Positions 1-8,433 of a DNA stretch of 24,296 nt are shown one piece after another (within the stretch, counting starts at the first letter, position 1; every line of letters starts with the position of its first letter). The DNA is from Gemmatimonadota bacterium (GTDB lineage: Bacteria > Gemmatimonadota > Gemmatimonadetes > Gemmatimonadales > GWC2-71-9). Under the pieces are notes generated by a model, which was not told the DNA's origin, did not search any database, and saw only the letters and a list, made by a program, of their open reading frames with translations. The translations under genes were made by a program, and so were the position numbers. The DNA lies in NCBI GenBank assembly GCA_003221005.1, contig QHTZ01000054.1, positions 1 through 24,296 on the forward strand. Direction: 5' to 3'.

Positions 1-1
1 G

Positions 2-1339
2 GACGGTGCGACCAGCCCCCACCAGCGCGAACGGCCGGTGCCCCGCGGCCTCGTGCACCCTGCGTCCGGAGGGCGGACCCACCGGCACGTCGCGCCGGAA
101 CAGCGTGAGGTCCGCGATCACGACTCCACCCCGAGGCCGCGCCGCGCCATTCCACACCACCAGAGACGGCTTCACGGCGTCGGGCCGCTGGCGCGCGACG
201 TCAGGGTCGTGTCGCACCAGGTCGTGCACGCTGCCCCGCACGATTTCCCGTGCGAAGGCCTCGACCTCGACGTAGCGCGCGGCGAGCGACTGGGCCACCG
301 CGTCGCTCACGCAGCCGGCGACGGCATCGTGGAACTGGCAGCCTACGAGGGCGCGCCACGCCAGGTCGAGCACGGGCCGCCGGTCGCGGCCTCCCGCGCG
401 CCGCGCGAGCGCCGCGAGCGGTTCGGCGAAGCGCTCGAGCCAGAGCTCGAGCTCCGAATTGCGCCGCTTGAGCGGCGCGCGCGTGCCGTGCACCCCTTGG
501 AGAGTCCAGGCGTACCGATACGACCACCGCAGCTCGCCGCTCAGGAGGGGCGCATTGGCGGACTCGGCGCCCTGGAAGAACTCGTCCAGGCGCGATATAC
601 GGAATGCATTGGCGGGGTCGAGCTCGGCCAACAGGTCGCGCAGCCGGGTCATGTGGGGGTGCGCCGCGTGGTGATCGGCGCCGATGAACACCGGGATGTG
701 CTTCCCGGCCGCGCGGGCGACGAGCGCATCCCGGACCGACGCCCACACGGCGGGTAGGCGGTCGGCGTCAGCGGGAAGTCCCGCGCCGATTTCGTACCCC
801 TGCGGCGGGAGGTGCCACAGGAGCACGTCCTTGCCGTCCGGCCCCCGCCAGCGGTACAGGTCCCGCTCCTGCCCAGCTTCGCCGCCGAGCCCCCGCCACA
901 CCACGCCGCACCGGATGTCGAATTCGCGCGCGAGCGTCGGCCACACGCCCGGGTGCCCGAACGCGTCCGGGGAGTACAGCACGTTGCTGCGACCACCCCA
1001 CCGCTCCGCGTCCGCCGCGCCGTAAAGCAGGTTGCGCACGAGCGCTTCACCCGAAGGGATCAGCTCGTCGGCGAGCACGTACCAGGGACCTACCTGGAGT
1101 CTCCCCATCTTGACGAGGGCACGCACGTCCATCTCGCGCTCCGGTCGCGCCTGCAAGTAATCCTCCAGCAGCACGGTTTGCCCGTCGAGCAGGAAGCTGC
1201 GGTACCCGGGATCGCCGCGCAGCAGATCCATCAGGTCGTCGAGCGCCGCGACCAGCCGCACCTGAAACGCCGCGCGCGGGAGATACCACTCCCGGTCCCA
1301 GTGGGTGTGCGGAATGAGGTGAAAGATGAAACCGGTCAA
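2..1339 (-). CDS. Glycoside hydrolase family 38 (alpha-mannosidase / mannosylglycerate hydrolase-like), N-terminal ~446 aa; runs off the window edge
   Basis: Manual translation from TTG at 1339 gives MTGFIFHLIPHTHWDREWYLPRAAFQVRLVAALDDLMDLLRGDPGYRSFLLDGQTVLLEDYL. HTHWDREWY and FLLDGQT are GH38 N-terminal motifs; FIGADHH and QFHDAIAG occur later in the same frame. It is missing from the ORF track because no stop falls inside the window. The + strand ORFs 38..757 and 812..1360 are its antisense shadows. Confidence 0.9.
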   Translation of the reverse strand, partial: MTGFIFHLIPHTHWDREWYLPRAAFQVRLVAALDDLMDLLRGDPGYRSFLLDGQTVLLEDYLQARPEREMDVRALVKMGRLQVGPWYVLADELIPSGEALVRNLLYGAADAERWGGRSNVLYSPDAFGHPGVWPTLAREFDIRCGVVWRGLGGEAGQERDLYRWRGPDGKDVLLWHLPPQGYEIGAGLPADADRLPAVWASVRDALVARAAGKHIPVFIGADHHAAHPHMTRLRDLLAELDPANAFRISRLDEFFQGAESANAPLLSGELRWSYRYAWTLQGVHGTRAPLKRRNSELELWLERFAEPLAALARRAGGRDRRPVLDLAWRALVGCQFHDAVAGCVSDAVAQSLAARYVEVEAFAREIVRGSVHDLVRHDPDVARQRPDAVKPSLVVWNGAARPRGGVVIADLTLFRRDVPVGPPSGRRVHEAAGHRPFALVGAGRTV

Positions 1340-1394
1340 GCGCGCGGCCGGCCGGGGTGAGACGACTTGGCAACGAGCGTCGGCGAGTACACTT

Positions 1395-1409
1395 TGCCAA
1401 TCGTTTCCA
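1395..1409. promoter_or_regulatory. Possible LacI-family operator between the divergent genes
   Basis: TGCCAATCGTTTCCA (minus strand TGGAAACGATTGGCA) has a central CG and one perfect TGGAAACG half-site, and lies upstream of a sugar hydrolase. It overlaps one arm of a TTGGCAA...TTGCCAA inverted repeat (1367-1373 / 1394-1400). Confidence 0.3.
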
Positions 1410-1465
1410 TGTCGCGGCACGCTCCGCCCGGCGAAGGTCAACTACCATAACAACCCCGGCGACTC

Positions 1466-3583
1466 ATGTCACGCAGATCGCTCCTCGTCCTCCCGCTCGC
1501 GGTCGTGTTCGCCGTGGTCGCGAAGCGACTCGTCCCCGGCCCACTTGCTGGCGGTGGCACCTTGCTGCCCTCCGGTTGGCGCATTCGGCCCGCCGGGCGT
1601 CAGGTGACGGTGGGGACACTGCCGCTGAACATCGTCACGCTCTCCGACGGCTCGCTGGTCGTCACCAACAACGGCAACGCGGAGAACGGGCTGATGGGAG
1701 TCGACCCCGCTACGGCGACGGTGACGTGGACGCGCCGCCTGCGCGCTGCCTGGCTGGGACTCGCGGCGAGCGGACCGTCAGGTGCCGATACCGTGTGGGC
1801 GAGCGGTGGCGGCAGCAACCGTCTGTACCGGTTCACGCGCGCCGGCGCCGACTGGCGTCCTGACACGGCGACGCTCGCCGATACCAGCGCTCAGCTGTTC
1901 GTCGGGGGCATCGCCGTGGTGCCGGGCCGAGGGCTCGTGGCGGCGGTGGGCAATCTGAGCGACAGCGTGTACCTCGTGGACGCGGGCTCGCTCGCGCGCC
2001 ACGGCGCGTTCGCCGTCGGGCATCGGCCGTACACCGTCGTCGCGGACTCGGCGCATCTCTACATCAGCAACTGGGGCGACTCGACGGCGTCCGTGATCGA
2101 TCTGTCCGACGGTCCGACCGTCCGACGGTCCATCTTCGTCGGCCCACACCCGTCCGCCCTCGCACTCAGCGGCACCGACCTGTTCGCCGCGCTCGCGGGG
2201 ACCAACGGCGTGGCGCGGGTCGATCTGGCAACCGGTCAGGTGACCGAGCAGCTCAGCGTGGCCCTCGCCCCCCGGGCACCTGTGGGCAGCGATCCCAACG
2301 CGCTCGCCCTGTCTCCCGACGGCCGGACCTTGTACGTCGCGATGGCGGGCAACAATGCGGTTGCGGTCGTGCGCGTCGCGCCACACACCCTCCGGGTCGC
2401 GGGACTGCTCCCCGCGGGGTGGTATCCGACCGCGGTCGCGACGTCCGCCAACGGGCGCACCCTCTACATCGCGAACGGTAAGGGAAATGGCTCCAAACCG
2501 AATCCCGACGGACTCTACGTCCCCAACCTCCTCACGGGCTCGGTCTCGATCGTTCCCGTCCCCGACTCCGCCGCGCTGGCCCGCTACACCCGTGAGGTGT
2601 ACGCGCTGAGTCCGTACTCCAACCCGCGGCTTCGCGCCGTCACCCGAACGGGTCGGTTCCCGCTCCCGCTCAAGCGTGTCGTCTACATCATCCGCGAAAA
2701 CCGCACGTACGACCAAGTCCTCGGGGATGTGGAGCGCGGCAACGGCGATCAGGCGCTCGCGATTTTCAACGACACCATCACACCGAACGCCCACGCGCTG
2801 GCGCGCCGCTGGGTGCTGTTCGACAACTTCTATGTGGACGGCGAGATCAGTGCGGACGGGCACGAGTGGACAGACCGGGCCTTCGCCAACGATTACAACG
2901 AGAAGACCTGGCCCCAGATCAATTCCCACCGAAGACCGTGGGACATGACGAGCGGAGAAGACGTCGTCAATCCGCGCGATGCCTATCTGTGGGACGCAGC
3001 CCGGAAGAAGGCCCTATGGGTGGTGAACTTCGGCGAATTGACCGAGTCCGGCGAGCGGGACCCCACCGCCGCCACGCGGGCGCGAACCAACATCCCAGGG
3101 CTCAAGGACATCACGTCGCCGACGTACCCCGGGTTCGTGCTCGATATCCCGGACACGACCCGCGCGCGGCTGTTCGCCGATTCGGTCGACAGCTGGGACC
3201 GCCAGGGGCGTTTCCCCGACCTGGTGTTCCTGTGGCTGCCGCGCGACCATACCAACGGGCGTCGTCCCGGCAAGGAGACGCCGCGATCCATGGTGGCGGA
3301 CAACGACCTCGCGCTGGGCCAGACCGTGGAGCGGCTGTCGAAGTCTCCGGCCTGGGCCTCGCTCGCCGTCTTCGTGCTCGAAGACGATGCCCAGAACGGC
3401 CCCGATCACGTGGACGCGCACCGCTCCGTGCTGCTTGTCGCCTCTCCCTACGCCCGGCGCGGCATCGTGGACAGCACCTTCTATACGACCAGCTCCGTGG
3501 TGCGCTCTATCGGGCTGATCCTCGGGCTCGCGCCGCTCAGCCAGTACGACGCCGCCGCAGCGCCTCTGTGGAATGCCTTCTAA
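1466..3583 (+). CDS. Bifunctional YncE/YVTN beta-propeller + alkaline-phosphatase-superfamily phosphoesterase, probably exported; C-terminus truncated by a premature stop
   Basis: N-terminal SRRSLL plus a hydrophobic stretch (possible Tat signal). Propeller repeats: LYISNWGDSTASVID, PNALALSPDGRTLYVA, GWYPTAV. Phosphoesterase motifs: IIRENRTYDQVLGD, SADGHEW, PRDHT, EDDAQNGPDHVDAHRS. Confidence 0.88.
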   Translation: MSRRSLLVLPLAVVFAVVAKRLVPGPLAGGGTLLPSGWRIRPAGRQVTVGTLPLNIVTLSDGSLVVTNNGNAENGLMGVDPATATVTWTRRLRAAWLGLAASGPSGADTVWASGGGSNRLYRFTRAGADWRPDTATLADTSAQLFVGGIAVVPGRGLVAAVGNLSDSVYLVDAGSLARHGAFAVGHRPYTVVADSAHLYISNWGDSTASVIDLSDGPTVRRSIFVGPHPSALALSGTDLFAALAGTNGVARVDLATGQVTEQLSVALAPRAPVGSDPNALALSPDGRTLYVAMAGNNAVAVVRVAPHTLRVAGLLPAGWYPTAVATSANGRTLYIANGKGNGSKPNPDGLYVPNLLTGSVSIVPVPDSAALARYTREVYALSPYSNPRLRAVTRTGRFPLPLKRVVYIIRENRTYDQVLGDVERGNGDQALAIFNDTITPNAHALARRWVLFDNFYVDGEISADGHEWTDRAFANDYNEKTWPQINSHRRPWDMTSGEDVVNPRDAYLWDAARKKALWVVNFGELTESGERDPTAATRARTNIPGLKDITSPTYPGFVLDIPDTTRARLFADSVDSWDRQGRFPDLVFLWLPRDHTNGRRPGKETPRSMVADNDLALGQTVERLSKSPAWASLAVFVLEDDAQNGPDHVDAHRSVLLVASPYARRGIVDSTFYTTSSVVRSIGLILGLAPLSQYDAAAAPLWNAF
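2104..2131 (+). repeat. 8-bp tandem repeat GTCCGAC(G/C) x3.5 inside the propeller coding region
   Basis: gtccgacg-gtccgacc-gtccgacg-gtcc, encoding part of LSDGPTVRRSI. Confidence 0.75.
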
Positions 3584-3736
3584 CAAGCATTTCGCTCGAC
3601 CATCCCCGATCGCGATTTCGCGGAGGCGGACAGAGCGGATGAGGCCACCCTCAACTGGGAGATCTGGACGAGCGTGCGCCCCGACGTGATACCGCCACCG
3701 TTCCGCCGATCGCTCGTCTTCGAGGGAAAACCCTAG
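3584..3736 (+). pseudogene. In-frame C-terminal remnant (50 aa) of the phosphoesterase gene beyond the TAA
   Basis: The same frame continues QAFRSTIPDRDFAEADRADEATLNWEIWTSVRPDVIPPPFRRSLVFEGKP to TAG at 3734-3736. The DF..ADRADE..LN..IW pattern is what I recall as the C-terminus of this family. Confidence 0.7.
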
Positions 3737-3818
3737 AGACGCTCCGCGAGCCGTTGAAGTAACGCGTGGCGCGACGCACATTTGCCGGTGCTGCGCCGCC
3801 ACTACGGCACCCGCGCCT

Positions 3819-3842
3819 CGCTGTAAGCCCTTGTCTACAGCG
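3819..3842. promoter_or_regulatory. Palindrome; candidate upstream activator site for a sigma54 enhancer-binding protein
   Basis: CGCTGTA-N10-TACAGCG with perfect 7-bp arms (TGT-N12-ACA core), about 145-170 bp upstream of the -24/-12 element. Confidence 0.45.
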
Positions 3843-3961
3843 CGTGCCCGCCGCTGCCGCCGCGCAGCGGTGGACGCGCATCCCCTGACGCAGCACTCCA
3901 TCCCATACTCGCACTACCCTGTTACGACACACGCTCGTCGTAGCGCCGCGCGTCCTCTCAG

Positions 3962-3980
3962 GCAGTGTCCGTGCAGTGTC
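3962..3980 (+). repeat. Direct repeat GCAGTGTC x2 with 11-bp period, just upstream of the -24 box
   Basis: GCAGTGTC at 3962-3969 and 3973-3980, about one helical turn apart. Confidence 0.5.
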
Positions 3981-3986
3981 TGCGCT

Positions 3987-4002
3987 CGGCACGCCCGTTG
4001 CA
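3987..4002 (+). promoter_or_regulatory. Sigma54 (RpoN) -24/-12 promoter of the 7-gene operon
   Basis: CGGCAC-GCCCG-TTGCA versus consensus TGGCAC-N5-TTGCW: exact GG-N10-GC spacing, one mismatch, correct orientation, ending 76 bp before the ATG at 4079. Confidence 0.75.
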
Positions 4003-4078
4003 CATAGCACACGAAGTCTGACGACGTCCCCACACGCGCCCAACGCCAACTCGGGGGAAGCCGGGGCGGCGAGAACCG

Positions 4079-6691
4079 ATGAGAATCCGCCACCTGCCTG
4101 GCAATCTGCCGTCGGATGCCGCCGACACCAGCGAGCATCCAGATAGGTCCCTGGTCGTCGACGCACCGCCCACGCGGAGCGTCGGCGAGATCCCCGCCAA
4201 ACCGGCACGTCGCTCCATTCGACCCGCTCCTCGCCTCCGCGCGCGCGGCAAATTCCTGTTTGCCGGCGACGCAAAGCTCTACATCCGCGGAGTCACCTAC
4301 GGGACGTTCCGCCCGCGCGTGGACGGCAGTGAGGTTCCTGATCCCGACATCGTCGAGCAGGACTTCACCCTGATGGCCGCGAACGGGATCAACGCTATCC
4401 GGACCTACAGCGTGCCGCCGCGTTGGCTCCTCGATATCGCGGAGCGGCACGGTCTCCGCGTCATGGTCGGCTTGCCGGTGGAGCGGTACATCGGCTTTCT
4501 CGCCGATCGGAACAAGGGCTCCCCCAACATCGAACGGCTGGTGCGGGCCGGCGTGCGAGCCTGCGCTGGTCATCCGGCGGTCTTGTGCTATGCGGTCGGG
4601 AACGAAATCCCCGCATCGGTGGCGCGGTGGTTCGGTCGCGGCCGAGTCGAGCGCTATCTCGAGCGGCTGTACCGCGCGGTCAAGGACGAAGCGCGGGACA
4701 GCCTCGTGACGTACGTGAACTATCCCTCCACCGAATACCTCCACCTCGACTTCCTGGACTTCGTCTGCTACAACGTCTACCTCGAGTCGCAGCAGTGTCT
4801 CCAGGCCTACCTCGCCCGCTTGCAGACCCTCGCCGGCGACCGTCCGCTCGTCATGACCGAGCTCGGGCTCGACAGTCGGCGCAACGGCGAGGACGTCCAG
4901 GCCCGCGTACTCGACTGGCAGGTACGCAGCGCGTTCGCCGCGGGCTGTGCCGGCGCGTTCGTGTACGCGTGGACCGACGAGTGGTATCGGGCGGGCGCCG
5001 ACGTCGAGGACTGGGACTTCGGTCTCACGCGCCGGGACCGGGCCCCGAAGCTGGCCCTGGCCACTGTGCGCCAAGCGTTCGCCGAAGCGCCCTTCGCCCC
5101 CAGTGTCCAGTGGCCTCGCATCTCCGTGGTCGTCTGTACGTACAACGGATCGCGCACCATCCGGGACTGCCTCAAAGGGCTCAGCCGACTCGCCTACCCC
5201 GATTACGAGGTCATCGTCGTGGATGATGGATCCCGGGACGCGACGGCGACCATCGCACAGGAATACAGCTGCCGGCTGATCCGGACCGCCAACCGGGGCC
5301 TCGCGAACGCGCGTAACACCGGCCTGAAGGCGGCCACCGGGGAAATCGTCGCGTACATCGACGACGATGCCTACCCCGACCCCCACTGGCTCAGCTATCT
5401 CGCGGCCACGTTCATGAGCACGTCGCACGCCGGGGTGGGCGGCCCGAACCTCGCTCCACCGGGCGACGGACCGATCGCCGAGTGCGTCGCCCGCGCGCCG
5501 GGCAGGCCCGTGCATGTGCTGGTGACCGACCGCGAGGCGGAGCACGTCCCCGGGTGCAATTTCGCGTTCCGCAAGAAGAGCCTGGAAGCAGTCTGGGGCT
5601 TCGATCCACAATTCCGCACCGCCGGCGACGACGTGGACATGTGCTGGCGGCTGCAACAGCTGGGCTTCACCCTCGGGTTCCATCCCGCCGCCATGGTCTG
5701 GCACCATCATCGCAGCTCGCTGCGCGCCTACTGGAAGCAGCAGGTCGGCTACGGCCGGGCGGAGGCGCTGCTCGAGCGCAAGTGGCCCGAGAAGTACAAC
5801 GGACCCGGGCACCTGCGCTGGGTGGGCCGCATCTACGGCAGCGGGTTGGCGCCGCCCTTCGGGTCGGGTCGGTCCCGGATCTATTATGGCGTCTGGGGAC
5901 ACGCGCCGTTCCAGTCCCTGTACGAGCCCGCGCCGAGTCTGCTGGGCTTCCTGCCGCGGATGCCCGAGTGGCATCTGATGACCGCTGCCCTCGCGGGGAT
6001 GGCGGCACTGAGTGTCGCGTTTGAGCCGCTGAAGATCGCGCTGCCGCTCTTGATCGTGGCCGTGCTGCCGCCTGTTGCCCAGGCGCTCCTGAGCGCGGCC
6101 CGCGTGCCGTTCCCGGAAGCGCCGCACCGCACCGCGCAGCTCAGGCGGCGACTGCTGACGGCGGCGCTGCACTTGCTCCAGCCCATCGCTCGGCTGCGCG
6201 GGCGTCTCACGGAGGGCCTCACCCCCTGGCGCCGCCACGGCGCCGTGCGTTTGGCCCCGCTCTGGCCAGTCACCACGTCCCTGTGGAGCGAGCGTTGGGA
6301 AGCGCCGCATGAGCGCCTGCGGGAGCTCGAAACGCGGCTGCGGCTCAGCGGCGCCTGCGTGCTGCGCGGTGACGCGCACGATCGCTGGGACTTTGAGGTC
6401 CGGGGCGGCATTCTCGGCGCCGCGCGGCTGCTCATGGGGACGGAAGATCATCCAGGCGGCAAGCAGCTGATGCGGCTGCGCTGGTGGCCCGACGTCCCCG
6501 TGCGCGGGCCGTTGCTCGCCCTGGGCCTCGCGGCGCTCACCGTTGTGGCAGCGCGGGGCGGCGCCTGGAGTGCAGCCGCCGTTCTCGGGCTGGGCGTCCT
6601 CCTGCCTGTGCTGAACATCGCGGCGCAATGCATGGCCGCGATGGGCACGATCTGCCGGGCGGTCAGGCTGTTGCGCAGCGGAGTCGAGTAG
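4079..6691 (+). CDS. Fusion of a clan GH-A (GH2-like) TIM-barrel domain, a GT2 glycosyltransferase and a C-terminal membrane domain (870 aa)
   Basis: GH part: LYIRGVTYG, GINAIRTY, AVGNEIP (acid/base), LVMTELG (nucleophile), AWTDEW. GT2 part: ISVVVCTYN, VVDDGS, ARNTG, YIDDDA, GCNFAFR, GDDVDMCWR, YWKQQVGYG. Hydrophobic helices at the C-terminus. Confidence 0.9.
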   Translation: MRIRHLPGNLPSDAADTSEHPDRSLVVDAPPTRSVGEIPAKPARRSIRPAPRLRARGKFLFAGDAKLYIRGVTYGTFRPRVDGSEVPDPDIVEQDFTLMAANGINAIRTYSVPPRWLLDIAERHGLRVMVGLPVERYIGFLADRNKGSPNIERLVRAGVRACAGHPAVLCYAVGNEIPASVARWFGRGRVERYLERLYRAVKDEARDSLVTYVNYPSTEYLHLDFLDFVCYNVYLESQQCLQAYLARLQTLAGDRPLVMTELGLDSRRNGEDVQARVLDWQVRSAFAAGCAGAFVYAWTDEWYRAGADVEDWDFGLTRRDRAPKLALATVRQAFAEAPFAPSVQWPRISVVVCTYNGSRTIRDCLKGLSRLAYPDYEVIVVDDGSRDATATIAQEYSCRLIRTANRGLANARNTGLKAATGEIVAYIDDDAYPDPHWLSYLAATFMSTSHAGVGGPNLAPPGDGPIAECVARAPGRPVHVLVTDREAEHVPGCNFAFRKKSLEAVWGFDPQFRTAGDDVDMCWRLQQLGFTLGFHPAAMVWHHHRSSLRAYWKQQVGYGRAEALLERKWPEKYNGPGHLRWVGRIYGSGLAPPFGSGRSRIYYGVWGHAPFQSLYEPAPSLLGFLPRMPEWHLMTAALAGMAALSVAFEPLKIALPLLIVAVLPPVAQALLSAARVPFPEAPHRTAQLRRRLLTAALHLLQPIARLRGRLTEGLTPWRRHGAVRLAPLWPVTTSLWSERWEAPHERLRELETRLRLSGACVLRGDAHDRWDFEVRGGILGAARLLMGTEDHPGGKQLMRLRWWPDVPVRGPLLALGLAALTVVAARGGAWSAAAVLGLGVLLPVLNIAAQCMAAMGTICRAVRLLRSGVE

Positions 6692-6693
6692 TG

Positions 6694-8433
6694 ATGAGCG
6701 ACCTCGTTCTCTACCGGCGATTGCTGCGTCAGGCCCGTCCGCACTGGATCCTATTCGTTGGGCTGCTGGTGCTCGGCTTGCTCGGGAGCCTCATCGCGCT
6801 CCTGAACCCGGTGCCCTTGAAGATTGTGGTTGATTCGGTCCTCGGGACGCGCCCGCTGCCGGCGTTCTTGGCCCCGCTCCTGCCAGAGGCGGTGGCCCGC
6901 TCGCCCGCAGCCATCCTGTTCGGGGCGATCGGCATGCTCCTCGTCGTCTCGGCGCTGGGGCAGCTCCAGGGTCTCGGCGGCACGCTGCTGCGCACGTACC
7001 TCGGCGAGCGGCTGGTCCTCGATTTCCGCGCTCGCCTCGTCAACCAGGTCCAGCGGCTGTCCTTGTCCTACCACGACTCGCGCGGCACCGCCGACTCCAT
7101 CTATCGCATTCAGCAGGACGCCCAGGCGATCCAATCCCTTTTGGTCGACGGCGCCATGCCAGCCCTGTCGGCCGCGATCACGCTCAGCACGATGATCGCG
7201 GTGACCGCCCGGCTCGACGGCCACCTCGCGCTCGTGGCCCTCTGCATTTGCCCGCCGCTCGCCTTCCTGTCGCGCGCGTACCGGCCGCGTGTGCGCAAAC
7301 AAGCCCGCCAGGTAAAGAAGCTCGAGAGCTCGGCGCTCGCCGTCGTTCAGGAGACACTCGGCGCGCTCCGCGTCGTCAAGGCCTTCGGGCAAGAGGCACG
7401 GGAGAACGAGCGGTTCATGCACCGCGCGAGCGAGGGCATGACCGCGCGCCTGCGGCTCGCGCTGCTGCAGGGTCGTTATGGCGCGCTCCTGGGACTCACC
7501 ACCGCGCTCGGCACGGCTGTCGTCCTGCTCATCGGCGTGGGTCACGTCCGCTCCGGCGTCTTGAGTCTCGGCCAGCTCCTGATGGTCATGGGTTACCTCG
7601 GCCAGCTGTATCAGCCGTTGAAGACGATCAGCCAGAAGGCGGGCAGTTTCCAGACGTATCTCACCGGCGTCGAGCGGGCCTTCGCACTCTTGGACGAGCC
7701 GTGCGACGTCCCCGAGCGGCCGCACGCCCGCCCCATAGAGCGAGCGCGGGGCGCCGTGGCCTTCCGCGACGTGTCGTTCGCCTACGACGCCGCGCATACG
7801 GTCCTGCACGACATCTCGTTCGAAGCGCCGCCGGGCGCGCGCGTGGCGATCGCCGGAGCGACGGGGGCCGGCAAGACAACGTTGGTGAGTCTGCTGACGC
7901 GCTTTTACGACCCGACCGCCGGCGCCATCCTGCTCGACGGCGTGGACCTGCGCGACTACCGACTCGCCGAGCTGCGCGACCAGTTCGCGATCGTGCTCCA
8001 GGAGCCCGTGCTGTTCTCGACCAGCATCGCAGAGAACATCGCCTACGGTCGCCCCGGGGCGAGCGAGCAGGAGATCGCAGAGGCCGCCAGGGCTGCGGGT
8101 GCGCACGATTTCATCACTCGCCTGCCGCATGGCTATGCGACGCCGGTCGGAGAGCGCGGGATGCAACTCTCGGGCGGCGAGCGCCAGCGGGTTGCCCTGG
8201 CGCGGGCGTTCCTCAAGAACGCGCCGCTCCTGATCCTCGACGAGCCGACGAGCTCCGTGGATGTCAAGACCGAAGCCGCGATCCTCGAAGCCATGGACCG
8301 GCTGATGCGCGGGCGCACGGCGTTCCTGATCACCCACCGGGCGACGGCGCTCAGCACCTGCGACGCGCGGCTACGCCTGGAGCGGGGCCGCTTGGTGGAG
8401 GCCACGCCGTCGCTCGTGGCCCAGGAAGCATGA
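6694..8433 (+). CDS. ABC exporter, fused permease + ATP-binding (MsbA/NdvA-like), 579 aa
   Basis: N-terminal TM domain; Walker A GATGAGKT, Q-loop IVLQE, signature LSGGERQR, Walker B LILDE, H-loop ITHR. The start at ATG 6694 (TAGTGATG junction) is preferred over the track start at 6484, which lies inside the previous gene. Confidence 0.95.
   Translation: MSDLVLYRRLLRQARPHWILFVGLLVLGLLGSLIALLNPVPLKIVVDSVLGTRPLPAFLAPLLPEAVARSPAAILFGAIGMLLVVSALGQLQGLGGTLLRTYLGERLVLDFRARLVNQVQRLSLSYHDSRGTADSIYRIQQDAQAIQSLLVDGAMPALSAAITLSTMIAVTARLDGHLALVALCICPPLAFLSRAYRPRVRKQARQVKKLESSALAVVQETLGALRVVKAFGQEARENERFMHRASEGMTARLRLALLQGRYGALLGLTTALGTAVVLLIGVGHVRSGVLSLGQLLMVMGYLGQLYQPLKTISQKAGSFQTYLTGVERAFALLDEPCDVPERPHARPIERARGAVAFRDVSFAYDAAHTVLHDISFEAPPGARVAIAGATGAGKTTLVSLLTRFYDPTAGAILLDGVDLRDYRLAELRDQFAIVLQEPVLFSTSIAENIAYGRPGASEQEIAEAARAAGAHDFITRLPHGYATPVGERGMQLSGGERQRVALARAFLKNAPLLILDEPTSSVDVKTEAAILEAMDRLMRGRTAFLITHRATALSTCDARLRLERGRLVEATPSLVAQEA

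Noticed and set aside
3581-3583. Stop-codon recoding (selenocysteine, pyrrolysine or alternative genetic code)
   Set aside because: The stop is TAA rather than TGA or TAG, TAA also ends the barrel gene normally at 16042, and a deletion explains it more simply.
3766-3802. GC-rich imperfect hairpin as terminator, riboswitch or second sigma54 site
   Set aside because: There is no U-tract and no recognisable riboswitch core, and the GG-to-GC spacing in TGGCGC...TTTGC is 14 rather than 10.
3914-6628. 904-aa antisense ORF opposite the GH/GT2 gene (similarly 1778..2929, 6751..8337, 10339..11565, 19137..20603)
   Set aside because: These are antisense shadows expected from high-GC codon bias. They have no recognisable motifs, and the opposite strand carries clear domains.
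7248-8429. Apparent N-terminal extension making kinase 1 a 721-aa protein
   Set aside because: Arg/Ala/Pro-rich off-frame read of the ABC gene. The ATGA overlap at 8430 gives the natural start.
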